Source: Podarcis cretensis
Lineage: Eukaryota
Direction: 5' to 3'
DNA length: 64,000 bases
Assembly: GCA_951804945.1 (NCBI GenBank)
Contig: OX638155.1
Span: forward strand, 49,228,001 to 49,292,000
A program made the position numbers and the translations under genes. Under the pieces are notes generated by a model that did no database searches, had not been told where the DNA came from, and saw only the letters and a program-made list of their open reading frames with translations. This document shows positions 1 through 13,197 of the stretch, piece after piece (position 1 is the first letter of the stretch; every line of letters starts with the position of its first letter).

Positions 1-1859
1 TGCTTCTTCCTAAATTTAGTCACTTTTTTGTTGCAAAAAAAGCTTATTTGTTTATATAAATTGCTAAACAATCAAATCTTCCTAAATAGTTTAAAGCATT
101 AATAATAAAAATACTTTCTATTTGCAAACCTGTCAGGCTCACAGATGTAGAAGCCCCCTAAGTCCAGTTGGATATTCATCCCATCGCCTAATGTGGTTAG
201 AATGGGGCCTTTCCCATCCATCATAAACCTGTGTCCAGCCCTGTCACTCCTTAACCATTGAAGGATCAGCAGCAGCAGGGATCTTGTACAGTATTCTAAA
301 TAACATGGGGAGCCTCTATAAGTGCAGCCAGTCCAATGTATGGCTGAGTGGGCCCTGGAGCACAAAAGAGAGGGCAGGGCCAACAGTATTCCAGTGATGC
401 CATTCTAATCACATGGGGACTCCAATAGGACTTCAGACTGTAGACTAGATGCCAGCCTATAAGCTTCCTGTACTTTATTCTTCCAGCTGCTTTTTTCTCA
501 CTGTTGTTCCCAAGTCTTCAAACCACAGATTTTGTCATTTTTGACATCTCAGGTGCCAGCATGAAAACAGAGGATAGATGGAAGCAAGAAATGGATGCAC
601 TGGGTGGTGCAGCAAGCCTGTTAAAAGTGTTGGCCTGAGCCTGGGGAGAGGAGCATTTGTGTTCTGCTCCTGCAGCAAAATGTCTTGACATGTCACAGAG
701 GCAAGTTACACACTCATCTGCTTGGAATAATTCCTTTCAAAAAATTTTTACAGGAGGTAGAAATAATTAATGATCAAGTGATAGTGATAGTCATGGACAG
801 CAGTGAGATTAAAGCAGAGAAAACTCCCCCTGCCCTGCAATTTTCTTTTTGCACTCCTTTATCCTGGTGTTACATGACTTTTTTTGTCATGGCTTTATAT
901 CTTTCCTCTTCAGCTATGTGCCAAACAGAAAACTGAACAATCGTCACTATTGCATATATGTTGTTTCCATACTAGCAATTTAGTCTAGAATTAACATCCT
1001 TTGTTTACACATTGTTTACAGAGAGTCCAGATAACATCACTGACCAACTGTTGCATCGCAGTGCCTACCATGTTGTCCTCCCTTTTTTCAGATCAGATTT
1101 GTGGCCCTTTTTTCATCTTGAAAAGCACTTGCAGTGACAGCCTGTCCTGTACAGAGTGTGTGGGCAAAACTTAGTCACCTTCATAACTGGGTTTCATAAT
1201 TTATAACTGGATTGATGGGTGGGGTGCAAATTTCAATGCTTAAAAAAAACCAAGGATTGAGGATTTCAGTATTACTGTCCCTTTAATTAATTACTGTCAC
1301 TTCATTCATTCACCTTTATTTTAAGTTAGCTAATTAATTACGTGGTTCACATGCTGTAGCCATGAGATCAGTGGGTTGACTTTAATTGGTCAGTTATTGT
1401 TCCAGAAGAGGATTATTAGTTTCCTATTTGCAGGCAATTATTTCCATTTCTAAAAAGTATTATTATTAGCAGTAGAATTAATGCATTTTCACAGTCTGTA
1501 ATTCCATTACCCATCTCAATGTCATTTCAACTTCAGGATCTTATTAGATATTACTTCAGATGTAGGACAGTGGGACACAGAGGTCCACACAGAAGGGCCA
1601 TTGGTCAAAAAACAATATGATGTTCACCAAGCTCTGGTTGGCTATTACATCCAATCTAGGATGTGCAACCATGGCTGGGTATTGTGTTATCAATGCAGAC
1701 CAAATATGCCAACTACTCCTGCATATACAGGGATGACAATGGGTTGCATTACCACTTGTTGCTAGATATGTTCAGGAAAAACTGGAACAGCTCTTCCATG
1801 CCATCTAGAACATCATAGATGAAATATAATCCAATCCAAGGCTATTGCTGATTGCTTGA

Positions 1860-2530
1860 AATCTGCCTTGACTGCATCAAGACTAGGTGACTGTGATGCA
1901 CTTTGTGTGGGTCTCCCTTCAAAGAACATCTGGAAATTTCAACTGGTTCAGAATGCAGTGTGCAGACATTTAACAGCATATTATTTCTGTATTATAGCAA
2001 CTTCACTATTTGTTGCAAGAGTCACCAGTGTGGCATCTGCAGGGACATATGGGCTCATTGATGCTTTTCCTGGTGCTCACATGGTCCTCTGCACCTCCAT
2101 CTGTTTAGCCAAAATTAGGCTTGAAAGAAGCATTCTGTTGTAGACAGTATAATTGGTCATGATGTGTGTTTGGGGTGTGTGTGCACACAACAGTTTCGCC
2201 AGTTTGCAAATGTGCCCACTGCCCCGCAAAGGTTGGTAACCCTTGGTCTACTGGTTCATTTGCAGACACAATTCCAAGTGGTCCTTACCTTTAAAGGCTA
2301 AACCGTTTGGGACCATGATGCTTAATGCTCATCTCTTTCCATTTAGCCTGTCCATCTGCTGTGCTCAGAGGGAAAGGCTCCTCTGACTGTCCCATCAGTA
2401 TCTGAGTCACAGCTGATGAAAATGAAGGACCAGGAATTTTCTGTGGCAGTGCCAAGGATGTGCACCAAGAGATTTGGCTCCCCTCTTTTTATGATCTTCT
2501 GCCAGGATTTAAGACTTTTTGTTTCGTCAG
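1860..2530 (+). mobile_element. Old, degenerate L2-clade LINE ORF2 3' fragment interrupted by another insertion
   Basis: ORF 1856 contains SRLGDCDALCVGLP..KFQLVQNA, matching SRLDYCNALYVGLP..KLQLIQNV of the L2 at ~36590. 2250-2530 resembles the downstream L2 region (CTTACCTTTAAAG, TTTCTGTGGCAGTGCC). Confidence 0.7.
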
Positions 2531-3609
2531 GCTTTCAGTATGGTATTTTGATTTCTCTCTCTCTGGTGTATTATGGGGCAATCATAACAATGTATGTACA
2601 TCTCACCAAATTCAACAGGGCATCCACCCAGGTAGGTGGAGTTAGGATTGCAGCCTTAGGATTGTATTCAATGGACTTAAGTAACATAGTTCCATTAATT
2701 TTAGTGGGTCTACTCTGAGTAGGAGTTAGCTGGACACAAGCCTTCATTTGTAATGCTCCACTGGAGTGGAAAGGGTGGATGAAAATGCTGAAATCAATGA
2801 AAAGATGATTTTTTTAAAAAAATCATTTAGGCTATCACGTGATAGCTGCAGCAATCCTGTAAGGAAGTAGCTATTTTAGAGGACTCTCCCTGAGAATACA
2901 AAATAAAACAGTATAAATAAATAATAATAATGCTCTGCGTTATAGAAGATTCACCCTTCATTAACCAAAGCAATATGTGGAACCTCTGTCTCTCCAAGCA
3001 ACAGTTTTCTGTCATGTCAGTAATCAGCAGTATGAGCAGAATTGCAGAGAAAATTGCCAGAACATCTACAGCTCCCCCAGTTCTCTCCTCAGTTCCCTGA
3101 AGTCATACTTCATGCTATCAAGTACTAAACGTAGGGTGACGTTTAATTTACAGAGCAGATTATCCATCATTCCCAAACTGTGCTATACAACTTCAGGACG
3201 TTGCTACCTAACAGTTTGATGGCCAGTTATTGAGAGGAGACTCTATAAACTGCAATCTGGGCAATTTGAAATAATAAATTAAAATGTAGCTCAGGTTCTT
3301 CCATCTGCTCCCAAGCTTCCTTATCGTTTTCAGGGCTTTACAATTACCTCCTCAGCTGCCTTCCCTGCTTTCAAATGCATCTCCCTTTTCCCATTTCAGT
3401 AAAAGAAAACCAAATAATGAACCCAGGAACTGCTATACTGGGTCAGAGAAATAGTTCATCAAGCTGTCTCAGGAAGTGGCCAGATTCAGATATTTTGTGT
3501 AGTTTTAAATGAACAAGGTTACTTGACTAAACATGGGGGAAAGAATGAAAGTGACTGCTAGCTGATTCCACAACTATTTTCCTAAGGGAAGCAAAAGGGT
3601 GTGTTGCCA

Positions 3610-3895
3610 CCAGGAGAAATAGATGAACCTGCCAATTTTGGTTTCTCTCATTTTTTCATTTTTCCAATCCTAAATTTCTTCAGCAATTTTTGTGTGTTTT
3701 TAAACCCTCATGTAAATTCACCTGCATTTGCATGCAGATTTCTCATGATATAAGCAAAATATGGTATACGCATCTCTGCAAGCAATTTCCCCTAATATAA
3801 TGCATTTTTGTGCAATTTCCCCCCTAATGTATGATGCGAACTCAGTCACAAAACTAAGAGTTGTGCAAATATCAAAGAATAATTGTGCTTCATTT
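3610..3895. mobile_element. Dispersed non-autonomous repeat, probably DNA-transposon derived; related copies at ~12935-13195 and ~27845-28210
   Basis: All three loci share variants of CTG(T/C)(C/T)AATTTTGGTT..TTTTTCCA, AAATTCA(C/T)C(A/T)GCAT and GCAATT(T)CCCC. Confidence 0.6.
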
Positions 3896-4581
3896 AGCTG
3901 GCAGAATTAATGTTGTTGTGTCCTTAAAGGGTAGCAGGACATACCGGTACCTTGCTCTTCCTATTTGGCTATACTGCATTGCTCCCCTCTTCTAGAAAAG
4001 AAAAGGAAAGAACAGAACAGGAAGTTGCTGTTAGTTACAGCATTGGATTTACCTAAGGTAAATTGCAGCCTTCCTCTCTGAAACACTATTCTTCCCCCAC
4101 CCCCCAAAATCACACACAAGCTAGTTTTGGAGGCCAGATTTTTCCCTTTCCCCCAAACAGACCATTTTAGTCAACTGGATTGCATACTGGTCAATGCTAG
4201 TCAATTGTCAATATTAAATTTACATATATTTAAATAATTCAAAAGAAATGAGTGAGGTATGATCATTTTAAAAAATACATCTGAGGCATGTTAGCTGTAA
4301 CTGGAATAACCTCCACAAATGCAGTATGAACAAGCCAACTGTTTCATAGTTTAGAGATGCACACATATTTCAGGGAATAAAGATTGCTTAAAATGCCTTG
4401 GTAAATGGAAATATCTTGGGAAGAAAGCATTTGTTGACTTAATTTGCATGAAAGATTCATGCAGAAATCTTCACAGTAACAGTGGTAGTATATTTACCTT
4501 ACACTATGAAAATAATGTAAGAAGGCAGGTGTGTGGTGTTTTTTAAAAATAGCATTGCCCAATAAATAAGCAATGTTGTAC

Positions 4582-4617
4582 GTGTGTGTGTGTGTGTGTG
4601 TGTGTCTGTGTGTGTGT
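4582..4617. repeat. (TG)n microsatellite
   Basis: Seen directly. Confidence 0.95.
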
Positions 4618-5475
4618 TTTGAGGAGATATTTTCATTTCTGCATCAGAAAGCTCTGTAGTACAATGAAAATAAGGGTTAAACTCAGAAGCACAATGGGCT
4701 AACCATGTGTAGAATTGTAAATAAAATGAAAGAGACCTTTTGTGCCACTGACAACATGGTATGCAAAGTCACAGGGCATAATATTTTAAGAGGATTACAG
4801 CTAAAGCTTTGGAGACTTTGAAACGGCCCAGCCAACCTTGTGCGCTTTTCAGTTTAAATGGGTGCACATTCATTCGGAATTCAGCTGCACTGGCCAAGAG
4901 GGGAAAAGAGATGGAGAAAATCTTGGGGTATGATTTAAAGTTAAGCACTTTCAAGGGCCGTTGGTTTCCATAAGAGAGAGGTAAAATACATGCTTAAGTT
5001 CCCTATTGGGCTAGGCACTAAAAAGTGCTTAAGTTCGGCAGAATTGTGCCTTAAAGGTTTCTCTGTCTCTCTCTTTCCCCCTGAAATTAATCTTCCTTTG
5101 GAAAAAGTGAAATCAGAAGAGCTTGTTACTAATGTAATGCTAATGTTTTTCTCATTGCCTTCCAGCTCCAGGGAGGTGACTATCTGCAGCAGGGAGACTT
5201 TTGTACCTGGAGAGGCTCCCCATATTTCAGAACTCTGAATATGGATTCTAAAACGCACAGGGAGTGCCTGTGAATAGAAAAGTCTCCCCACTGTAGACAA
5301 TCACTTTCCTGGAGTTGGAAGGTGATGAGAATATTAACCAGTGGGGTTGTACAGCAGCTGCTCACAGATGAGCAGCTGAAAGAGTGCATGTAAAGGAACC
5401 GGAAAGAAAAAAGTAAGACTACGCTGACTAGGGATGACGGTGAGCAAATGAGGCCAGTGACATGTTCTTAGTGTA

Positions 5476-5703
5476 CAGTGGTACCTTGGTTCCCAAATGG
5501 CTTAGTTGTCAAACAAATTGACCCCCAAATACTGCAAACCAGGAAGTAAGTGTTTCGGTTTGCGAATGTTTTTTGGAAGCCAAACATCCCATGCAGCATT
5601 TGAGTTCAGGAAGCTCCTGCAGTCAATTGGAAGTTGTGCCTTGGTTTTTAAACAATTTCAGGACAACTAGAACGGATTAAGTTTGAGAACCAAGGTACCA
5701 CTG
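5476..5703. mobile_element. Tigger/pogo-like (Tc1/mariner superfamily) MITE
   Basis: TIRs CAGTGGTACCTTGGTTC / GAACCAAGGTACCACTG with TA on both sides (5474-5475, 5704-5705). Confidence 0.9.
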
Positions 5704-5982
5704 TATTGTATGGCGACTATTGATCTCAAGTGCAAATCTACTACGAAACGAATGAAGCTTGAACCCATGTCTCCCAGATCCTAGTTTGACACTCTAACCA
5801 CCAGGCCTCCTGGATGCAGGTGATGGAGGCTTGTATAGGAATATGAGGAAGAGTGTGAGATGGGATTAGATGCAACACAGCTTCAGCTACATGCTATTAG
5901 CAAAACATATTGTGAAATGCACTTCCCAAAACGTTTTATGAACTTAATGGTATTGACATAAAAGGCCTGTGATTTTGTGTTG

Positions 5983-6015
<33 letters not shown>
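5983..6015. repeat. (CA)n microsatellite
   Basis: Seen directly. Confidence 0.95.
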
Positions 6016-6016
<1 letters not shown>

Positions 6017-6714
6017 CCCTGCACCTCCACCTAGGCATAGGGAAAGTAAATAATGGTTGAATGGCTATTTGATGACTGTGTGTTTAATCCAAAAACACTC
6101 AGGCTGGTTGCTTTCAGTTCTCCTTGGTCTCTCCTGTCATGTCCTTTTAGCTTACTAGTGGCCAGCATTTACTCAGACTAACGAAGTTCATGGGGAGATA
6201 AAGCCTTCGGTTGACAAAATGGAAAACGAGCTATAAAAGTAACACATTCTCACCATCACCACTGCCATGTCCTCAAAGATTGCATTTTAAAGCAGTTTGC
6301 GGCTTCTGCCGAAGACATAATTCACTGTTGAGAAACGCAAGAGGAGTAGAAGCCTCTCCTTAAAGGACCGTTCCCTGATACACAGCGCCAAGCAACTCTC
6401 TGTGCATTTCATTTGAATAAGAGACACAGTGACAACTAAAAGCAGAGTTGAAACAATCTGTCACTGTAGGCGTGTAGCTTTCTCCCGATACAGTTCATTA
6501 CGTTGCATGGCTACTTCCATTTCCTCATGAGTTCAAAACAGGACAAGGAAGACAGTACATGCAGCAGAGAACCATTCAGGCTGAACTGCTAACAGCAGGA
6601 ATATTTTGACTTGGATTTAGAACACATGCCTGAAAGATATGTAACAAACCTCAATGAAGAGAAGATACAAGAGTTTTTCTGCAAAATTAAGTTGCATTAT
6701 AATTAATTATTGCA

Positions 6715-6892
6715 TTTATCAACTTATCCTCCAAGGAGCTCAGTTAAGGTGGCATGCATGATTTCCCCCCTCTTTATTTAATCCCACAATGACCCTATGA
6801 GGTAGGTAGGGCTGAGAGTCAGTGACTGGCCCAAGGTCACCTAATGAGCTTCATGACCATGCAGGGATTCACACTCTGGGCTCCCAGGTCTG
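6715..6892 (-). mobile_element. MIR-like CORE-type tRNA SINE
   Basis: CACAATGACCCTATGAGGTAGG..GCTGAGA..TGACTGGCCCAAGGTCAC..GGGATTC resembles the reverse complement of the MIR/CORE consensus. A plus-strand relative lies at 51648. Confidence 0.75.
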
Positions 6893-7108
6893 GCTCCTGT
6901 TTTAGTCAATTCAAGGCCAATTCATAGTTTCTCATTGGTCCAGTTTCACTAATTCTAAAGCCCAAGCTCCACTGGTGATGCCTGTATCCCAAAAGAGTTG
7001 CCCATTAAACCTGAGATGGTGGGACCTGTGGTCCAAAAATTGCCCTTCTGGAAATTGCTTCCTCTTCAGCTTCATGTGTGTGCACAAAGGAGGAGAAAGG
7101 ATGGGGAA

Positions 7109-7284
7109 ATAGCAAGCTGCCTTATACCAGTTTGGACCACTGGTACATCTAGTTCAGTACTGTTTATTAGCAGTAGATCCCCAGGGTTCTAAAGATGGTA
7201 CTCTCCCAGCCCTCCCTGGTGATGCTGGGGATTCAAACTGGGGGCTTTTGCATGGAAAGCAGATGCTCTACTGAGCTATAGCTC
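7109..7284 (-). mobile_element. tRNA-derived SINE (same family as 9365, 33574, 42742)
   Basis: Reverse complement begins GCTATAGCTCAGTAGAGCATCTGCTTT(C)CATGCA (A box) and has a B-box-like GTTTGAATCCC. The body TACTGAACTAGATG..GTATAAGGCAGCTT is shared with the other copies. Confidence 0.75.
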
Positions 7285-8824
7285 TTCCACAGAAAGTTGC
7301 AGCCCCTTTGGCTCCACCTTCTGTCAGTTTGAGCTCCACCCACCACTGGCTGCAGCCCACAGTAGACCGTTCCCATGGGTCTGCACCCCTGCATTAAGCA
7401 CACCAACCACTTTTGGCACTGCAAATCTCCATTTCCCCCTTCACCCACAAAGAGGTGGGAAAGCTCAAACACTGTTAAAACGAGAGATATTTCTAAAACA
7501 GCATGCAAAACTGTCACACAGAAAGAGAGAGGCATTATATTGTGCGTTTTATAAACCCCATTATAGATTCCTCTTAATTTAGCAACACTTGGAAGTCTAA
7601 TCAAGAAGTGCTCACCTCTCATGGGTTTCTTTCAACAGTATCTTTTATGTGTCAACAAAGTGCATTTTCTTGCTTAAATCTACATGGCATCAATATAATA
7701 GCACCTAACAAAATGCTTTGAGAAGAGTAAGAAAATTAGCTTCTCTGGAGTTGGAAGTGTATTATGGGTAGCAATTAGGAAATCTTTGCATCAACCATAA
7801 TCCAAATTGGAAGTTTTAGTGCACCTCTGAAATGAATGAGTCTGTATGTAAAATTAAGGTAGAAATGCTTCCTAGGAATTGAGCTCCACTTATGCAGAAC
7901 AGGAATGTATTAATTTCTCAAAGCACCAGAGGGAGGTTCCTCTCAGTTTAGGACATGGCTGAGATGGACATAATGGTGGCACATTCTTTTGCTTCAGCTT
8001 TTGAAGATTCATCCACGCATTGCCAAAAAAGCAGGCAAAAGAGGCCCCAGATCTGCATAGAATTGGAATAGATGAAAAATTGGAAATAGTTGTTATTATT
8101 TAAATAGAAATGCATTGCTGTCCAGATGCTAACTCTTGATGTGCAGTTTCAAGGCCCCTTTTTCTTTGAAACTGGACTTGGACTTGACAGCCCTTCAAAT
8201 AAAGGACAATGGACTGTCCTCTGCCAGCTCTTCTGAAGTAAGACTGTAAAGACTCTGTAAAATGGGACACAAGGCCACCCTTCTGGTGGTGGTATAAGGG
8301 CCAAGCCAGCACCGCATTATGAGGATTCAGTTGAGAGGTAGAGCTTTTGGGTGATGGTTGTGGTCAGAAATCTCAACTCATCTTTCTTTTTGCCCATTAT
8401 CTCACGCCTCTTTAGTCAGTATCAGGGCCCTTTCCCCATTAACCCCACTTTTTAAATAAATTATCCCTTTCCTTTTTTCTACCCAACCACACCCACATCC
8501 ACATGACACTCACCTAGAAATTGTGTTAATTTCATCTGCTAATTTATTTCAGCAGAAGCTAAATCTGGCTACATCACAACCCCATCTCAAAGTTCTGTTC
8601 CTTTTTGGCACACTTTTGAATTTATACTGGTATGTCGGCGCACAGGTAGAAAGCTAGTGATTTCTTAAAATAAATGTGCAATGAATTGCAACAAGGATCC
8701 CTGAATGTCCCTTTTCTCCACTTCACCCTATTAGCTCTATTAGTTTGACTTTTCTGCATGGTGAGGATCAAATGAAGAAATATGCAGAAAAGTAATGCTG
8801 CCTGCAACCCCAATCGCTGAGCCC

Positions 8825-9280
8825 TGTGAGATTCCAGGGTTTGGTTTCCTTGGAATGAGGGACCGTAGAGACTGTGGTGTCTTTATGATATATGGTTTAT
8901 TTACATATGTATACAACCTGAGCCTACAGTGGAGGGGTTCATGAGGGTCTTGTTTCTCCTGTAGTCACAGCCTTGGATTCAAACAGACATCAAACATGGT
9001 TCTGTCTCTCTGTCTTCACCCAGATTGCTGCTCTGTCCCACATCACTGCAACTTTTAACTCTAAATTCTGGTTCTGTCTTTCTCACTACCCAGAGTTGAG
9101 GAAGGGGCTCCCACCCATTTGCCATCTCACACAGAGACCCTTCCTTTGTTCTCCTTACATCTCACCAGGAAGCTGGCCTGGCTGTTCCAGGAATTAGAAG
9201 ACTTTAGTAGATTTTAACACTTGCTGGATCCCATGATTAAGATGGCATACATCTTAATACCCCCATCCAAACTCATAACA
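8825..9280 (-). mobile_element. Possible solo LTR
   Basis: TG...CA termini (TGTGAG / CATAACA) and a minus-strand AATAAA near 8897. No TSD found. Confidence 0.3.
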
Positions 9281-9364
9281 GTAACATAGTTCCAAGGGCC
9301 TGATACTGGCCATTTCATGGACAAACTACACATCATGCCTAATGCATAACTCATCTTCAGTCTT

Positions 9365-9522
9365 CTGTTTTGGATGCTGAAGGTCCCTGCCTGGTTTAAT
9401 CCCTGATAGGGCTGGAAGGGACCCCTGTCTGAAATCCAGGAAACCCACTGCCAGTCAGTTTAGATATTACTGAGTTAGTAGGAGCAATGGTCCAATTCAT
9501 TAGATAGCAGCTTCCTATGTCC
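9365..9522 (+). mobile_element. tRNA-derived SINE, degenerate head
   Basis: GAAGGTCCC..GGTTTAATCCC..GGGCTGGAA..CCTGTCTGAAA..CTGCCAGTCAG..GCAGCTTCCTATGT, shared with the 33574 and 42742 copies. Confidence 0.7.
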
Positions 9523-10467
9523 CAGAAACATCTCTTGTTATCTCAAATTAATGATGGCCATTGAAGGAGCAGTTATGATCAGAATCACAGTTGCATGGGA
9601 GAAGGTTTATTTTTTTATCTTCACAGCTGTGTTCCCCTTATTCCCCCCCCCCCCAAAAAAAAACCCCTCTGAATATCAGCTTCCCTCCTGTGGCTACAAA
9701 GCTCAATAAAAAGAAGTTTCCTTTGCTTCCAGTTGTGATGCATAGCTGCACCGGCTAGGTGGGGGAATTTTTGGTGGAAGCCATAACTGGGAAAGAAAGG
9801 GAGAATTCTCCTCTCTCCGACTCAGATGCTATCATCCCAACACCACCCAGAGTGCGCTGTGGCTGCAATTAATTTAAGAAAAACATATTCAGCACAGTGT
9901 GTGGCTTGACCCACAGACAGGACCCTTCCCAATAATAAAGAAAAGAGGACATCTACAAGAAGAGCTGTCATGATTGTGCCGCTGAATAAAACGCTGGTTT
10001 AAAAATAAGCATTGGTTCTCCCCCACCCATCTTCCCCATTCTCTTGTTGTAATTCCCCTTCCTTGCTCATTGAAGCCATTTTGACCTCTGCCCACATTTC
10101 AGAATCCCCAGCACTGCAGACTTAGCCACACACAGCTTTTCCAGAGCACTAACACCTTATGGCTTAGTGTTAGTAATGGGCTGGCCTAGGCCAGATGTCC
10201 ATGCAATGCGAAGAGATTTGGCCCAGGTCACTTGGGGGAATTCTGCATAAGCAAAACCCCAGCACTTGTCAGCCGTGTCACTCTCCAGCTTGGGTTGGTT
10301 TGATGTATTTTTCAGCAGCAATAAGAATAATACATATAACAATCAACTTTGCCATTTGGCCTAATGGTTTAGCCAAATAGTTTGGAAAGGCACAATACTC
10401 TTTCAAACAAACACAGAAATATTTAATAACTTTCTTAAAAGTCACACTTTAACCTTGCCTCTAAATA

Positions 10468-10835
10468 GGTGGCGCTGTGGTCTAAACCACTAAACCTTGG
10501 GCTTGCCGATCAAAAGGTTGGTGGTTCGAATCCCCTTGATAGGGTGAGCTCTTGTTGCTCAGTCCCAGCTCCTGCCAACCTAGCAGTTCAAAAGCACGCC
10601 AAAAAAGTGCAAGTAGATTAATAAATACCGCTCCGGCGGGAAGGTAAACGGCGTTTCCGTGCGCTGCTCTGGTTTCGCCAGAAGCGGCTTAGTCATGATG
10701 GCCACATGACCCAGAAAAACTGTCTGCAGAGTGGACAAACGCCGGCTCCCTTGGCCTGTAAAGCAAGAGGAGCGCCGCAACCCCAGAGTCGTTTGTGACT
10801 GGACTTAACTGTCTTGGGTCCCTTTACATTTACCT
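10468..10835 (+). mobile_element. Sauria SINE (Squam1)
   Basis: GGTGGCGCTGTGGTCTAAACC A box, GGTTCGAATCC B box, CCTGCCAACCTAGCAGTTC body and CCTTTACATTTACC tail. CTAAATAG recurs on both flanks (candidate TSD). Confidence 0.95.
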
Positions 10836-12139
10836 AAACAGACTAAATAGACTTAGAATGGATATTGATCTTACATTATCAAAAAAAAAAACCCACTTCC
10901 AGCCTCTTCTGAGATTTACCCTCTCCCGTTAAAGAAACAATCTGGGTTGCCCTGCCTAGCTAACCCCTGACTCAGTCATAGCCAGGCTCTAAACGTATCC
11001 CTATCTAAGCACTTTCCAAGCCCTAACTCACTGACAGACAAGCCCTGAGTTCTCACACACAGTCAAGCCCTATCTGACAGTCTTAACTGTCAGGTTCTAA
11101 CTTTTAATTCCCTACTCTCTCCTGATTAGATGACACTCCACCCAGCCCTGATTGGTTTCTGGGTCATCAGGAGGCTGACCCAAGGTCTATCTGTCACAGA
11201 TGCCTTCTGACACCCCTAGACAGAAGCCAAGCTTATGAAACTACATGAAGCAGTCCGTCCAGGCAATGTCTGGGTAGCAGGCTTGCTATTTTTCTCTCTC
11301 TAATCTTCATCTCTGTCATTGTTTGCTGAAGAAATCAGTTTAACCCAGAGCGGGAAGGTGTAATTTTGACTTTGGGCTCAGGTATGAAAATTTCTGCAGT
11401 CACTACTGAATCAAGCATTATATGAAGTGTAATAAAAATTGAACTAAGACTTAACATCCTGGCCTGTCATCAAGGTTCCTCAAACACATCAGATCAGATG
11501 CATACAGAAATACACCAGAAGTGGATCTGGCACATTGCAGTGGGATGGAGAGGAGGGGAGAGCTCTCATGATGCTCTTGTTAAAATCCGATCCTTTTATA
11601 TCATGGAAAAAATGTAGATAGTCCTTTCCTTCTGAAACAAGCTTCTCTCCCCCTTTCTTTCTCTCTCTCTCTGCATGTTGCCAAATTATCACTGCCAAAA
11701 AAAGCACCTTTTATCTCCAGGGCTCCACAAAGCTCTTCTGAAGTATGTATTTGCCTTGGTAATGAAACAGATTGCATTTGGTGCAACTTATTAAAAATGT
11801 TTTCTGGGATGAACTGGTTTGAATGGATGGATTAATATGAATGTTTAAATTAAGATGCTCCAAATTTGTTATTTTCTTTGGGGGCGGGGGAAGGGGATTG
11901 CAAAACTATATAAAGTCCTAGCTGGCTTCAACCCAATGTAATTGAAGGAATGCATTCTTTCATATAATGCATTTCTTGCATTCCTCCATGTTTTGAGATT
12001 TAGGAGTGACATGTTACTATATTGAAAACTTCAAATGATAGAGAGCACATAGGAAGGGAGAAGGATCATTGCAGTTGGCCATGCCCCCAACCTGTCCATC
12101 TTCCATTGAAATGCCTGTGTATGCAATATATGTGTATTG

Positions 12140-12220
12140 CTGTATTGTTTTTAACACTTGATTGGAAGCCACCCAGAGTGGCTGGGAAAACTCAGCCAAA
12201 TGGGCGGGGTATAAATAATA

Positions 12221-12255
<35 letters not shown>
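12140..12255 (+). mobile_element. Isolated L2 3' tail ending in (TAT)n
   Basis: TTGGAAGCCACCCAGAGTGGCTGGGAAAACTCAGCCAAATGGGCGGGGTATAAAT matches 37080-37140. Confidence 0.85.
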
Positions 12256-12256
<1 letters not shown>

Positions 12257-12473
12257 GTGCAGAGGTTTCTGTGTGGAATAGGAAAAGAACAGTCCGCAGC
12301 TACAGAGAGAGGACCCAATACATATACAATTGTATATTCATAAGCTCCATAGTGGATCTTCAACCAGTGTACACATGGCCCTCCCTCATGTGCACTTGCT
12401 TAATGTAATTTGAATGACTACACAGGTTTTGGTTTAGAATGAGGGATCCTTCGGGATTAGGGATCTTCTAGTG

Positions 12474-12607
12474 CAGCTGTGAGGAACCTTTGGTCAGATG
12501 TTACTGAACTACAGCTCCCACCATCCCTGGCCATTGGCACTGTTGGCTGGGGCTGATGGGAATTGTAGTTCAGCAACATTGGGAGGGTCAAAGCTTCACC
12601 ACAGCTG
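12474..12607. mobile_element. hAT-like palindromic MITE (abundant family)
   Basis: TIRs CAGCTGTG / CACAGCTG, internal palindrome ACTACAGCTCCCA..TGGGAATTGTAGT, and 8-bp flanks TTCTAGTG / TTCAGGTG consistent with a decayed hAT TSD. Confidence 0.8.
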
Positions 12608-12934
12608 TTCAGGTGCTTAGATTCAAGCCTTTCCAACTTTCCATAAATCTCCAGTAAAGAAATAAGCAATGAACTGGCTGCCTATTGTTTTATCTCAAGC
12701 ATTAACTTAAAAAAACCATTTGCTCTTCATTTCTCTGGAAGCCATTGCATGTTATTTGTGTATGCTAACCTACCTTACTTTTCAGTTGAGTAAACATGCA
12801 TGTAAGCCTGTTTGTTTCCTTTTAAACTTCACTGTAATTTTAAATTGTTGTAAACCACTGTGAGGCCAGGACAGACATTGTATATAATATTTGAACTAGA
12901 GGAAGCCAGGGACAATGGGGGTTGCGGGCCAAAA

Positions 12935-13195
12935 CATCTGTCAATTTTGGTTCTCTCAGTTTCTTATTTTTCCAGTCTTAAATTTCATTCTTTATACTTC
13001 TGCATCAGTTTTTTGTGGGTTTTTTTTTTAAGTCCTCATGAAAATTCACCAGCATTTTAGTATGATAAACTGCATATATAATGTGTTTATTAGGAGAAAT
13101 TACTAAGGCATACATTTTTGCAAGCAATTTCCCCTGATGTGATGCATTCTTGTACGTTGTTTAACATATTCATTGGTAAGCACACTTTCCCCTAA
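12935..13195. mobile_element. Copy of the 3610 repeat family
   Basis: CTGTCAATTTTGGTTCTCTCAG..AAATTCACCAGCATTTTAG..GCAATTTCCCCT. Confidence 0.6.
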
Positions 13196-13197
13196 CT

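Noticed and set aside
2805-2826. Palindrome ATGA(T)7(A)7TCAT (similar one at 19505)
   Set aside because: Mostly homopolymer; common in AT-rich vertebrate DNA.
4941-5045. AAAGTGCTTA resembling a miR-17/302/427-family seed on a hairpin arm
   Set aside because: Only 11 bp pair, the 69-nt spacer is too long for a pre-miRNA, and the rest does not match mature family sequences.
10276-11198. Possible minus-strand solo LTR hosting the 10468 SINE
   Set aside because: Ends in TGTCACA, but the other boundary and a TSD could not be established.
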